The notes: generated by a model not told the origin, from the letters alone. DNA of 63,871 nucleotides, filler included, from Octopus bimaculoides (GCF_001194135.2; 6 parts of 5 records of this genome joined end to end with filler, not necessarily neighbours in it); one strand, 5' to 3'; shown: positions 44,036-56,739, numbered from the whole stretch's first letter. Numbers and translations are program-made.

Positions 44036-44218
44036 TAAGTACTAGATCGTTGTATATAGTTCTATGTAGGAGAAAAGAAAGCATAGCACCTGAAATGACA
44101 AACTTCCTCAAATATGAAACAAGAATCTCGTACAGGAGGACCTCAGAACATAACAAAGGGCGAAATAACTCTAAGCATTTCGTCCAGCATGCTAATGATT
44201 CTGCCAGCTCACCGTCTA

Positions 44219-44270
<52 letters not shown>

Positions 44271-45000
44271 GTTTCAAATTTTGCCGCAAGGGCAGCCAAT
44301 TCAGGGGAGGGGTTGAGTCGATTATATCGACCTCAGTGTTCCACTGGTACTTAATTTACGAACACCAAAAGGATGAGAAGCAAAGCCAATGTTGCCGGAA
44401 GCTGAACTCAGAACGTAGCGACAAGCCACTAAGCATTTCAACCGGACTGCTAACGATTCGACCACCTTGCCGCCTTGATGTTAATGATAACAATATGTAT
44501 ATATCAATATGTCAATTGTAATAGAAGACATCTATTTCCATTGCCACATCAAGATTGCAACATATCACAAGAATAGTGTAAGGTAAAACTGGATACTTAC
44601 CTGGAATGAAAGGTAATGTTCAGCGGGCCATGTATTTATTCCGAAGGTGTTCTTTCGTTTCTTTTATCAAAAAATAAGTTATAAACTTGTCATCCAGGAT
44701 CTAACTTTTCTCAACTAATCAAGCTTACTGAACTTTTCGACTGCTTTTCTCAGACTATTTTACTGTTAACCACATCTTTGTCACGTCTTGTTTGTGTCAG
44801 TTCTCTCCCCCCCCCCNNNNNNNNNNNNNNNNNNNNNNNNNNNNNNNNNNNNNNNNNNNNNNNNNNNNNNNNNNNNNNNNNNNNNNNNNNNNNNNNNNNN
44901 NNNNNATATATATATATACATATATACGTACATACATACACGCACACATACATACAAGCATACATGCATACATACATACATATATATATATATATATGTA

Positions 45001-45730
45001 TATTATTATTGGCACTCCATCGCTTAGACACCCCTTACAACCTATGTGGCTGTAGAGATAGGAATAAATGTAATTTCTCCAATAGATGTAAGACCGAAAA
45101 TATAGTTTACCAATGCGACGTACACACAAACATCCATATTAGATCTTACATTGGAATGACGAAAAACCAAATACGCCTCAGATATAATGAGCACCTATCT
45201 AGCTTGAGAAATAGAAATAAGGCAAATTCAACAGGACTTAGTAGGTATATCTGGGAACTAAAGGACAATAAGATAGAATATAAACTAAAGTGGCACATAC
45301 TAAAAGTAGCTAATTCCTGTAACCCAACTAACAGACGACGTGACCTCTGTCTAACTGAACGCCTCAAAATCCTAACGGCTAGTAATGACCTTTTAAACAG
45401 AAAATATGAATGTAGCCCAATTTGTCTTCATGCTAATAAATACTCATTCTCTAAGTATAATTAAATATGTAATACATTCCACTTCCTAAGTATAATTAAA
45501 TACGTAAAAAAGAATTTTCCTTTTCTAAGTATAATTGATTATAATTAAATAGTAAAAAGACCAGAGTTAGCCCCCTTTTCACCTAAATTTAGGGTTGCTC
45601 CCCTTTACTAACACCACCGGTGCTAAAAATATACGACGCGCACTTCAATTCTAACAACAACACGTGGAAATGCACCTGATTAAAATCGGAATTATGAGCT
45701 TAAATAGCACCCATCCTACATCCCCCTCCA
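45001..45730 (+). mobile_element. Penelope-like element 3' part with GIY-YIG endonuclease ORF end
   Basis: NIVYQC...YIGMTKNQIRLRYNEH...LSRYIWELK...LCLTERLKIL...LLNRKYE...CLHANK, stop at 45464. Confidence 0.85.
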
Positions 45731-47190
45731 NNNNNNNNNNNNNNNNNNNNNNNNNNNNNNNNNNNNNNNNNNNNNNNNNNNNNNNNNNNNNNNNNNNNNN
45801 NNNNNNNNNNNNNNNNNNNNNNNNNNNNNNNNNNNNNNNNNNNNNNNNNNNNNNNNNNNNNNNNNNNNNNNNNNNNNNNNNNNNNNNNNNNNNNNNNNNN
45901 NNNNNNNNNNNNNNNNNNNNNNNNNNNNNNNNNNNNNNNNNNNNNNNNNNNNNNNNNNNNNNNNNNNNNNNNNNNNNNNNNNNNNNNNNNNNNNNNNNNN
46001 NNNNNNNNNNNNNNNNNNNNNNNNNNNNNNNNNNNNNNNNNNNNNNNNNNNNNNNNNNNNNNNNNNNNNNNNNNNNNNNNNNNNNNNNNNNNNNNNNNNN
46101 NNNNNNNNNNNNNNNNNNNNNNNNNNNNNNNNNNNNNNNNNNNNNNNNNNNNNNNNNNNNNNNNNNNNNNNNNNNNNNNNNNNNNNNNNNNNNNNNNNNN
46201 NNNNNNNNNNNNNNNNNNNNNNNNNNNNNNNNNNNNNNNNNNNNNNNNNNNNNNNNNNNNNNNNNNNNNNNNNNNNNNNNNNNNNNNNNNNNNNNNNNNN
46301 NNNNNNNNNNNNNNNNNNNNNNNNNNNNNNNNNNNNNNNNNNNNNNNNNNNNNNNNNNNNNNNNNNNNNNNNNNNNNNNNNNNNNNNNNNNNNNNNNNNN
46401 NNNNNNNNNNNNNNNNNNNNNNNNNNNNNNNNNNNNNNNNNNNNNNNNNNNNNNNNNNNNNNNNNNNNNNNNNNNNNNNNNNNNNNNNNNNNNNNNNNNN
46501 NNNNNNNNNNNNNNNNNNNNNNNNNNNNNNNNNNNNNNNNNNNNNNNNNNNNNNNNNNNNNNNNNNNNNNNNNNNNNNNNNNNNNNNNNNNNNNNNNNNN
46601 NNNNNNNNNNNNNNNNNNTATATATATATATATATCAGCTGCTCCACGGTGTTATCACTAAAATAAGTGTTGTTTGGGAACACACATACCTTAGATATCA
46701 CCACATTCATTCAATTTTAATTCTAGGAAGGATTAAACGCTAACATTTATTAATAAAATTACAACAAAAAAATAAATCTAATAGAGCGGTCATCTATCCA
46801 AATTGACAGCTGTACACTTGATAATATGTTTAAAGACAAGAATGTAAGGGTCATCCCTTTAGTAGGGGTCATCCTTCAATAGGAGAGTGTCATACCCAAT
46901 TACTAATGTAGTAAGATCATTTTCAACTGCTATAAAAGGCAAAGGTGATGTATTAGAGGAAGAGTATTAGCGGTATTAAACTCTTGGAGCAGGTTATGAT
47001 CGCTACAAAAGGAATTACATTACATTTACTCTTTTACTTGTTTCAGTCATTTGACTGCGGCCATGCTGNNNNNNNNNNNNNNNNNNNNNNNNNNNNNNNN
47101 NNNNNNNNNNNNNNNNNNNNNNNNNNNNNNNNNNNNNNNNNNNNNNNNNNNNNNNNNNNNNNNNNNNNTTATTATTATTATTATTATTAT

Positions 47191-47412
47191 TCACTTCACT
47201 ACCGAGCGCAGCTCTGTGTGCTTTGGATATGCGCTGTAGTTTGCTGTGATGCTCTTATGGTTACTCTATTGAAATTGTTTTATGTAGGATGTGTGCAGTA
47301 CCTAACAGTGCTATTTTCTGTATGTTATATATATCTGTTAGTCCTGGAGTTTTTATTATGTATTTGTCTGAATATTTGTTATCATACCTAATGCGCCCAC
47401 TATGATAGGAAA
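47191..47412 (-). mobile_element. 3' end of R4/Dong-like element, third copy
   Basis: IKTPGLTDIYNIQKIALLGTAHILHKTISIE. (TTA)n on both sides. Confidence 0.75.
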
Positions 47413-47445
47413 CATTATTATTATTATTACTATTATTATTATTAT

Positions 47446-47485
<40 letters not shown>

Positions 47486-47486
47486 G

Positions 47487-47720
47487 AGGTGGTGAGCTGC
47501 CAGAATTGTTAACATGCTGGACGAAATGCTTAGAGGTATTTCACCCGTTGCTACGTTCTGAGGTAAAGTCGACGACTGAGTTCAAATTCCGCCGAAGTCC
47601 ATTTGCCTTTCATCTTTTCGGGGTCGAAAAATTAAGTACCAGAGAAACACTTGGGTCGATTTAATCGACTAGTACTACCCATCCACCTAAAAAAATTCAG
47701 GTTTTGTGCCTTTTTCAGAA
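47487..47720 (+). mobile_element. SINE family C copy
   Basis: gaggtggtgagctgccagaattgttaac...ttttcggggtcgaaaaattaagtacc. Confidence 0.65.
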
Positions 47721-47749
47721 AGGATTATTTCATTTTCGCACAGGAGATT

Positions 47750-48110
47750 AGACTGTTAGGGAGAAAAATCCCTAACATCGGGCTGCAATAAGTAACCTTA
47801 TATGCCAAGAACCTTCCTAAGTATCCTAGCTGTCCCTAATAATACTGTTTTCTGGAGCTGCACTAAACTAGGTTTTATGCCTATTTCCTCTATTTATTTG
47901 TTGAAACCTTTAGCGATAGTTCGTAATGCATTTGGAGTTATAGGTATACATTTTACCCGCACTTTCCCGAGCCTCTGTAACTCAATGGCTAGGTCCTGGT
48001 ATTTTGCTATGTTCTATGTAGTTTTCATATTGACTTTCCCATCATTGGGTATTGTGAAGTCAATTACCTGGCACTTACTGTTCTCTTTATCTACTAATAC
48101 TAAATGAGGC
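47750..48110 (-). mobile_element. RLE endonuclease domain end of another R4/Dong-like LINE
   Basis: CQVIDFTIPNDG...KYQDLAIELQRL...QLQKTVLLGTARILRKVLGI*. Confidence 0.8.
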
Positions 48111-50510
48111 CTTGTAGTTTCTATTAATCTATCAGCCTGAATGTTAAAATCTCACATTTTGTATTTTTTTATTTTCTAGCACTTTGCTAGATTCATGTTC
48201 ATACCACTTAGCAAATTCTAGCTATCTACATAACTTCCACTGGATTATTCTACCACGGTTATCACGAGTAACACTTTTCCCCTTTGATTTACGTAACCTA
48301 CATTGTCGTAAGCTTTTATCCCAATAGTCCTCAGGTTTTGTGCTACTACTAGCAACATTTCTGTTTCCCTTTTGCAACTACAACCATGTCTCACTATTAC
48401 TGTTTTCTTCCATTATCCGTGCAAAACCCTCTCTTGCCAGTCAGATAATTTTTCCCCCCAGCCTTTTAATCCCCTTTGCCTTTTGGTTTCGCTATCTCCT
48501 ACTATTACTCTTGCAGGTTTTTATAAAATTTCATCACTATTATCGGTGGTGCACCAGCATGACCGCAACCACTTGGCTGAAACACATAAATAAATAAATA
48601 AATAAATAAATAATCTACATAGGAGGCTACATTTACTCAAGCTAACATCTCACAGTCTTCTTCTTCTTCTTCTTCTTCTCAATTTTCTTCTTCTTTGTCT
48701 TTTGCTTATTGTTGTTATTGTTGCCATTAATCCACGTGGAGGCACGTGCGTAGTAGATAGGTTGTCGCACTCAAGATCTTAAGATTGTGGTTTCGCTTCC
48801 TGGACCGGGCGATGCATTGTGTTCTTTAGCAAAACACTTCATTTCACGTTGCTCCTGACCACTCAGGTGACAGAAATGAGTTATCCTGTGACGGACAGGT
48901 GTCCCATCCAGCTATGACTCGGGGAGTAACTTTGTTTCTTTGATCATTAATTTATGCATAACAGATTTATGTTTCCCTAGCAATATCACAAGGAGGTTGT
49001 TTAGTTCAGCTATACCTACTTATATTTTGACAAAATTAGAAAGAATTATTATTAGACATCACACATGACATCTAAGCTTGAAATATCGCTAGTGAGTTTT
49101 CTCTAAATTTACGTTCTTTATACTATTTCCGACAACTGAAATTATAACTTTTGTTCTGCGGATGCATCAAGGTTTCTGCTGAAGAAGATTTTCGGATCTT
49201 GTTCAAAACGGGGGCCACATTTTTCATTAATGTTTTACGTAGTGTTTTTGGTACCGAAAGACTTTCAAACTTCGTATACTTATCTATTTTGTGTTATAGA
49301 ACAGAAAAAAAAATTTGTATTCGGATTTATTTCATGTAAAAAATTGTCTTATTTCGATAATTTCAACCAATCACTGACAAGTATTCAGCTGTTTACATTT
49401 ACTCCTTTGGCTGATTAAGCGGTGTAAAGCGTATTTAATCTCCATTACTTCTGACATTTTGCAGAGGCAACACACGTGTGTTCGTTTTCCCTAACCCTAA
49501 CCCTAATTGACTTGCTNNNNNNNNNNNNNNNNNNNNNNNNNNNNNNNNNNNNNNNNNNNNNNNNNNNNNNNNNNNNNNNNNNNNNNNNNNNNNNNNNNNN
49601 NNNNNNNNNNNNNNNNNNNNNNNNNNNNNNNNNNNNNNNNNNNNNNNNNNNNNNNNNNNNNNNNNNNNNNNNNNNNNNNNNNNNNNNNNNNNNNNNNNNN
49701 NNNNNNNNNNNNNNNNNNNNNNNNNNNNNNNNNNNNNNNNNNNNNNNNNNNNNNNNNNNNNNNNNNNNNNNNNNNNNNNNNNNNNNNNNNNNNNNNNNNN
49801 NNNNNNNNNNNNNNNNNNNNNNNNNNNNNNNNNNNNNNNNNNNNNNNNNNNNNNNNNNNNNNNNNNNNNNNNNNNNNNNNNNNNNNNNNNNNNNNNNNNN
49901 NNNNNNNNNNNNNNNNNNNNNNNNNNNNNNNNNNNNNNNNNNNNNNNNNNNNNNNNNNNNNNNNNNNNNNNNNNNNNNNNNNNNNNNNNNNNNNNNNNNN
50001 NNNNNNNNNNNNNNNNNNNNNNNNNNNNNNNNNNNNNNNNNNNNNNNNNNNNNNNNNNNNNNNNNNNNNNNNNNNNNNNNNNNNNNNNNNNNNNNNNNNN
50101 NNNNNNNNNNNNNNNNNNNNNNNNNNNNNNNNNNNNNNNNNNNNNNNNNNNNNNNNNNNNNNNNNNNNNNNNNNNNNNNNNNNNNNNNNNNNNNNNNNNN
50201 NNNNNNNNNNNNNNNNNNNNNNNNNNNNNNNNNNNNNNNNNNNNNNNNNNNNNNNNNNNNNNNNNNNNNNNNNNNNNNNNNNNNNNNNNNNNNNNNNNNN
50301 NNNNNNNNNNNNNNNNNNNNNNNNNNNNNNNNNNNNNNNNNNNNNNNNNNNNNNNNNNNNNNNNNNNNNNNNNNNNNNNNNNNNNNNNNNNNNNNNNNNN
50401 NNNNNNNNNNNNNNNNNNNNNNNNNNNNNNNNNNNNNNNNNNNNNNNNNNNNNNNNNNNNNNNNNNNNNNNNNNNNNNNNNNNCACCACTACAACCACCA
50501 CCATCACCAC

Positions 50511-50638
50511 CGCCGTCGCCTCCGCCGTCGCCTCCGCCGTCGCCTCCGCCTCCGTCGCCTCCGCCTCCGTCGCCGTCGCCTCCGCCTCCGTCGCCGTCGC
50601 CTCCGCCGCCGCCTCCGCCGCCTCCTCCTCCGCCGCCG
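50511..50638. repeat. GC-rich (CGC/CTC/GTC)n microsatellite
   Basis: Read directly. The most GC/CpG-dense tract I noticed in the window. Confidence 0.9.
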
Positions 50639-50931
50639 GAGTGTGAGTGTGAGTGTGTGTGTATGCAAGAGTGATTGATGTTCAGTTTTTATTTGACGTT
50701 ACCACTAATTAAAGCTATAATCCATAATTACGTTCTCCACATTGAATTATCATTGAATTCAATTTTGTAAGTTTAAATATTAATCTAAAAGTAAAATAAA
50801 AGATTTATTCATCTCATGGAACAGGGGGGCAATGCTTGTCCTTTGAAGAATCCGCAATGGGAAAGAAATGAAATTGAACTTTCTGATATTTTGTATTTTC
50901 GTCTTTTACAGGTTAATCTACGCCTGAAAAT

Positions 50932-51116
50932 ATGTTTCATCAATTTAAATTGACTTTTGTGTTGATACTTTATATGAGATTATTTTTGGAGTCTCATGCT
51001 ACTACGTTAGACATTTGCTTAATATGCCGCTGTCAAAATGTTCGGACAAATATAGATTGTTCATATCACCAACTGAGTTTTATCCCACAACCTATTCCAC
51101 CGAATGTTGAATATCT
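50932..51116 (+). CDS. First coding exon of an extracellular LRR protein: signal peptide + LRRNT cap (MFHQFKLTFVLILYMRLFLESHATTLDICLICRCQNVRTNIDCSYHQLSFIPQPIPPNVEY-L)
   Basis: Acceptor ttttacag ends at 50911 and ATG is at 50932. Hydrophobic N-terminus followed by a CxxCxC-x8-C...LxxIP LRRNT pattern. Donor ct|gtaagt at 51116/51117 is phase 2, matching the downstream exons. Confidence 0.88.
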
Positions 51117-52134
51117 GTAAGTATTAGACAATTTCTATATATTTTCCGCATACGATGCTTTAAATTCTTGTTGTTTATGTTCTTAACTAATACCTTATGT
51201 TGTTGACCTGAGTTTTAAATTAAAACATGATGTTATGTTGGAGTAAAAAGGGCAAATAAGTTAACTGCCGTGAAGTCAAGTAGTCTGTTTTTTTTTTTCT
51301 GTAGATGTTGACTTATATGGAATATATAATTTACAATATTGCTCACAAAGCTGGGACGAGACCAATATTTGAACTTTGATGATGTTAGTTTATTACATTA
51401 AAACTCCTTATGATGATATTCAGGGAACGGAAAGAATGAAAACTGTTGGTATAAGCAAAACGTGTTGTATATATTGTTTTTTAAAATTAGTTTAAAATGT
51501 TTTTTATAGTTATTGCTGTATTGATATCACTTGGTGTACTCACAGAATGGTCGTTAACCATTGTGTGCATGCGTTATTTTTACTATTAAAATGTTAGCAT
51601 TAGACTAATTAAACTGCTGATAATAACGAGATCCGCTTAAATTGCCTGAATCTTAAATTACATAAATGAAACTCTTTATTTTTATTTGGGATGCAATTAG
51701 TAAAATTTAGGGTCATATCATAAGCACAGTACCTTTTTAAAAATAAACACACATTAATTCTAGAAAAGTTCTAGAAAATTATTTAAGCTCAATTGAAGTT
51801 TTAGATAATCGGTGTGTCCCAGTTCGACTGAAAAAATAACCTAGGTTGTAAAGAGTGTGTTCAACTCTCGCTGGGTATTATTTCAGATTAAATGATTTGC
51901 ATTGTTGCATTTATCATTTCAAACTTCCAATTTAAACCAATTATTCCAATACTATATTCGATCGATTCAATCGATTTCACCCACTTCTCTACATATGGTC
52001 TGAGAAAACAGAAATCCGTATATCTGCAGATGGTGAAAATACGATATGTATTATTTAGTAATTTTAATTTTTCATAATCTAATTCATAATTTAGTAGAAA
52101 ATTGGCCGCACCTGCAGACCGTCGAGTGGAATGA

Positions 52135-52610
52135 CACCTTCATCATCATCATCATCATCATCATCGTTTAACGTCCGCTTTCCATGCTAGCATGGGTTGG
52201 ACGATTTGACTGAGGACTGGTGATACCGGATGGCAACACCAGGCTCCAATCTAATTTGGCAGAGTTTCTACAGCTGGATGCCCTTCCTAACGCCAACCAC
52301 TCAGAGAGTGTAGTGGGTGTTTTTACGTGTCACCCGCACGAAAACGGCCACGCTCGAAATGGTGTCTTTTATGTGCCACTCGCACAAGAGCCAGTCCAGG
52401 GGCACTGGCAACGATCTCACTCGAAAATCCTACGGGAGCCAGTCAGGCGGTACTGGCAACGGCCACGCTCAAAATGGTGCATCTCATGTGCCACCCGCAC
52501 AAGAGCCAGTCCAGGGGCACTGGCAACGATCTTACTTGGCTTGCCGGGTCTTCTCACGCACAGCACATTTCCAAAGGTTGTGGTATTTAATCTGGCACTG
52601 GGTGTTCTGA
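52135..52610 (-). mobile_element. Family D (RTE-tail) element with internal tandem duplication
   Basis: (CAT)n-gtttaacgtccgctttccatgc...; cgcacaagagccagtccaggggcactggcaacgatct occurs twice. Confidence 0.75.
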
Positions 52611-52770
52611 CTTAAAATCTCTCCGAGGTCATCTTAACTTTACAGACTTTCCAGTACCAAACCAGACCAGTGGACTAGACGGAGTGAAGAGATGTAGGAC
52701 TGGGTGTCTTGTGGTATTTTTCTGGCTCTTTGCACTTTAAGTTCAAATCCCACTCAATTTTATGTTCCAG

Positions 52771-52842
52771 GGATTTCAAAGGTAACAATATCGAAGAAAT
52801 CAAAGTACAAACCTTCCGGAATTTGTCCAACTTAAAAAGTCT
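52771..52842 (+). CDS. LRR exon (DFKGNNIEEIKVQTFRNLSNLKS-L)
   Basis: tttatgttccag acceptor, 72 bp open in phase 2, gtaagttg donor, typical 24-aa LRR consensus. Confidence 0.92.
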
Positions 52843-53069
52843 GTAAGTTGAATCAGTTTTCTTTTATGGTATTTCATTGACGATACATTTCTAAATCTGT
52901 AGTGTTTTCCCATATTTCATTTTAAGCTCCCTCACCCGTCTTCCCAAAGATGTGTTTCATTGTTTTTGAATGCGTAAACGTGAGTGTGGTCCCATTTCAG
53001 AGACTTGGGACTTGGAACATACCAGAGCGTGATACTCAAGAGGAAACATTTAGTATATGCACATTTTGA

Positions 53070-53102
<33 letters not shown>

Positions 53103-53421
53103 CTTCGTTACAATATCATAAATCAGGAGAAGAGCATACCCTATAAAATATAGAGAACAGTTACTGTTTAGAGAAACTGAAGAGATGTCTAGTTCACGCT
53201 AGATATGAAACCAATATTTCTTTTCTAAACTTTCGTTATACATACACAAATATATATATATAAGGGATCAGCAAATTGCTTCACCAACATACCGAAAATT
53301 TAGAAATAGCAGTTAAAATACTAATTCTACTACTACAATATATCTCCAACAGATAGCGATATTCGTGACTCACGTAGGCAAAAGAAGAAAAATAACGAAA
53401 CAAACCTGTCGTTAGTTAATG

Positions 53422-53476
53422 ATGGACGCGTTTCGGGATTAGAATTATGTAAAAATTCAATTCCACTCCTCAGCAT
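53422..53476 (-). ncRNA. Minimal type I hammerhead ribozyme-like motif (Penelope pLTR-type remnant)
   Basis: Minus strand reads atg-CTGAGGA-gtggaattgaatt...aattctaatccc-GAAA-CGCG-TC-cat: core boxes, imperfect stem II, palindromic stem III, GUC site, 3-bp stem I. Confidence 0.55.
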
Positions 53477-54664
53477 AACCACTGAGCCACGCACCTTCAC
53501 TCTCTTCACCGTAGAAGAAAGGAGTGAAGCGATAGAGACAGAGAAAGGAAAGCCTCAGTTATTTACAATGACAATTAAATGGAAATACAATCTATTTTTT
53601 CTAGCTTCTTTACCTTTAACAATGACGAAGAGGGAAAGATATTTAGTAATGAATAGAGGGAAAATCTTTCAGGTGTTTACGTTTTATTCTGGGAGTTCTA
53701 GAACGATCGACTGTTAGTTCTTTCTTCTTTCCCCTACCCTTGGTACTTATTCACCTTCTTTCATAGTTCTTCGTGTCTTTTAACTGGGGGGAAAGACCAT
53801 GTACTTTTTTTTTTCAGGCACGTTTAGCGTTTTCTCTACAAACTACAAACAATCCTCCACCTTTTCTTTTCTTTTTTTTTTCATATAAAAACTAATGCAA
53901 AATTCGAACAGTGTATAGGCGGGAAAAGAGCCCAGAAAAAGGAGTAATACCTCCTATAAAATGGGGCTACACAAAATTCAACTCTATAATTTAAAGCAGT
54001 ATTTATCAACCTTTTTACCTTTGCATAACTCTCAAAATAAATTATGTGTCTCAAGGAACACCTGTACANNNNNNNNNNNNNNNNNNNNNNNNNNNNNNNN
54101 NNNNNNNNNNNNNNNNNNNNNNNNNNNNNNNNNNNNNNNNNNNNNNNNNNNNNNNNNNNNNNNNNNNNNNNNNNNNNNNNNNNNNNNNNNNNNNNNNNNN
54201 NNNNNNNNNNNNNNNNNNNNNNNNNNNNNNNNNNNNNNNNNNNNNNNNNNNNNNNNNNNNNNNNNNNNNNNNNNNNNNNNNNNNNNNNNNNNNNNNNNNN
54301 NNNNNNNNNNNNNNNNNNNNNNNNNNNNNNNNNNNNNNNNNNNNNNNNNNNNNNNNNNNNNNNNNNNNNNNNNNNNNNNNNNNNNNNNNNNNNNNNNNNN
54401 NNNNNNNNNNNNNNNNNNNNNNNNNNNNNNNNNNNNNNNNNNNNNNNNNNNNNNNNNNNNNNNNNNNNNNNNNNNNNNNNNNNNNNNNNNNNNNNNNNNN
54501 NNNNNNNNNNNNNNNNNNNNNNNNNNNNNNNNNNNNNNNNNNNNNNNNNNNNNNNNNNNNNNNNNNNNNAAGTTGAAATATTCTTATTTATAGTATTTCA
54601 TTGACATTATATTTCTAAATCTGTAATGTCTTCCCATACTTCATTTTAAGCTCCATCACCAGTC

Positions 54665-54950
54665 TTAACCTCATCAATCTTTTAGAGAAACGTTGTCATC
54701 TGTTGGCATTGATACATCAATTAGAAAGTATTTTTGTCTTCATGATCTCTGACAACTATGTCTGGCCTATTGGCCTTAATTTCTTTGTGTGTGTATTGGC
54801 ATATCCCAGAATATGGTTGCTTTCTCGTTTTCTGTGACCTTTTCTGGCGTGTGCTTATACCATCTTTTTTTCTGTTATTATTCCATAGTGTTGGCATAGC
54901 TTCAGTGTATGCAGGTCCCAACTCTTTGAATATATTCCTTCTTAGCCAGG
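54665..54950 (-). mobile_element. RLE endonuclease fragment inserted in an LRR intron
   Basis: HKEIKANRPDIVVRDHEDK...LIDVSMP (PD..D motif). Confidence 0.75.
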
Positions 54951-55649
54951 ACTTAGAAACACCTATATTTCCAAAGGTGAATTATCCAAACACCAAAGAA
55001 TTCCTCTTAACACATGGCTATGATTCTCCCCAACTACTTCTGCTTGTGATCAGAGATGCACATATTGTCAACCACTAAGGGACAGGCTCAACTGGTTAAG
55101 GTCAAACAACTGACATGCAAATCTGTGGTATTGAGCAGAATATTTACTGTAGCCCGTCTTTTCTACCAAAACAAAACAATGCTTTTTTTCTTTTTATTCT
55201 TTCCGTTGTTTCAAATTTAACATAACTTTTCCACCACTGTTTTATATTTTCAATTCTTCATGATCAGTCTCATCTTATTCATCACCACCATCAACAATAT
55301 TATCAACTTCATAAACATTTGCACCAACTACATCACCGTCATAATTAGTGTCATCAGTTTAGTTATCATCATCTTCACCAGAAACATTACCAGCAACATT
55401 CATCAACAAAATTATCGTCAGAATCACCGTAATTATCCTCATCAACTTCATTGTCACAACCATCACCATCACACCAACATTATCTTCATCAACCTTACCA
55501 CCATCCTTCCGTCCTACGTCTCATCGTTATATTTATCACTCCCACCACCTCCACTCTCCTCATCCTCTTACTCCTCCTCACTATTATCATCGCCATTACT
55601 TACTTTATTTTTCTTCCAGCAAGTATTTGTTTCGCCATTTTATGTTAGT

Positions 55650-56037
55650 GGAGGCCATTTATTTTATGTTAGTGGTTAGGGCAGCGGACTCACGGTCATA
55701 GGATCGCGGTTTTGATTCCCAAACCGGGCGTTGTGAGTGTATATTGAGTGAAAACAACTAAAGTTCCACGAGGCTCCGGCAGGGGATGGTGGCGAACCCT
55801 GCTGTACTCTTCCACCACAACTTTCTCTCACTCTTACTTCCTGTTTCTGTTGTGCCTGTAATTCAAAGGGGCCAGCCTTGTCACACTCTGTGTCACTCTG
55901 AATATCCCCGAGAACTACGTTAAGGGTACACGTGTCTGTGGAGTGCTCAGCCACTTGCACGTTAATTTCACGAGCAGGCTGTTCCGTTGATCGGATCAAC
56001 TGGAAACCTCGACGTCGTAAGTGACGGAGTGCCAATA
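55650..56037 (+). mobile_element. SINE family B copy ending about 60 bp upstream of an LRR acceptor
   Basis: Matches 26495-26872. attttatgtta on both sides is a possible TSD. Confidence 0.85.
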
Positions 56038-56098
56038 AATATTTTATGTTATACAACTCTTGTACTTTCTCCTAAAAACTAATTTTTTTATATTACAG

Positions 56099-56170
56099 AT
56101 ATTTACAATACAATAAGATCGAAAAAATAGAAGTAAGAGCCTTCGATGAACTGCCCAGTTTGAGAACACT
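56099..56170 (+). CDS. LRR exon (YLQYNKIEKIEVRAFDELPSLRT-L), non-cassette flanks
   Basis: ttttttatattacag acceptor, 72 bp, gtaagttag donor, LRR consensus. Confidence 0.9.
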
Positions 56171-56339
56171 GTAAGTTAGAGAAATCTTGTTGATAAATTA
56201 CTAAATATTTAAAATCTTTCATGGAATTATTCATCATCGCGATCTACTTTCCATCCCTTCCATCGTAGAATTGTTTAGCCAAAATTCTGTCACAAATATA
56301 TTCTATATAATTCCTTCTTTACTCAATTTTATGTTGCAG

Positions 56340-56411
56340 ATTTTTAACTGGTAATAAAATCAAGGAAATCAATGCGGACACATTCCGAAATCTGTTCAGT
56401 TTAGCATATAT
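56340..56411 (+). CDS. LRR exon (FLTGNKIKEINADTFRNLFSLAY-I)
   Basis: ttttatgttgcag acceptor, 72 bp, gtaagttg donor. Confidence 0.92.
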
Positions 56412-56739
56412 GTAAGTTGAATCAGTTTGTTTTTAAATAGTATTTCATTGACGATATTTCTAAATCTGTAATCCATTTTCATCCTTCATTTTCAGTTCCC
56501 TCACTCGTTTTTCCAAAGATAAGTTATATTGCTTGTGAATCTGTGTATATGAGTGAGAGCCCATTTCTTAAATATCGGATTTATAAGGGCGTGATACTTC
56601 ATGTATATATATGTTTCTGTATATGTGTAAAATCTGTCTCTGTTCAAAATCTGTGAATGTCAGTGAATGTGAGTAAGGGACCATTCCTTAGATCTGGAAT
56701 ATGAGTGTGTGACAATTAAGGGGAAAAAATTAGTGCAAA

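Noticed and set aside
49489-49506. (CCCTAA)3 telomere-like repeat
   Set aside because: Only three units, next to a gap and within a repeat-like element. No evidence of a telomere or fusion.
51315-51400. ttctgtag followed by VDLYG-like text between the first coding exon and the first LRR exon
   Set aside because: In the required phase 2 it hits TGA at once, it is not 72 bp, and it has no matching donor.
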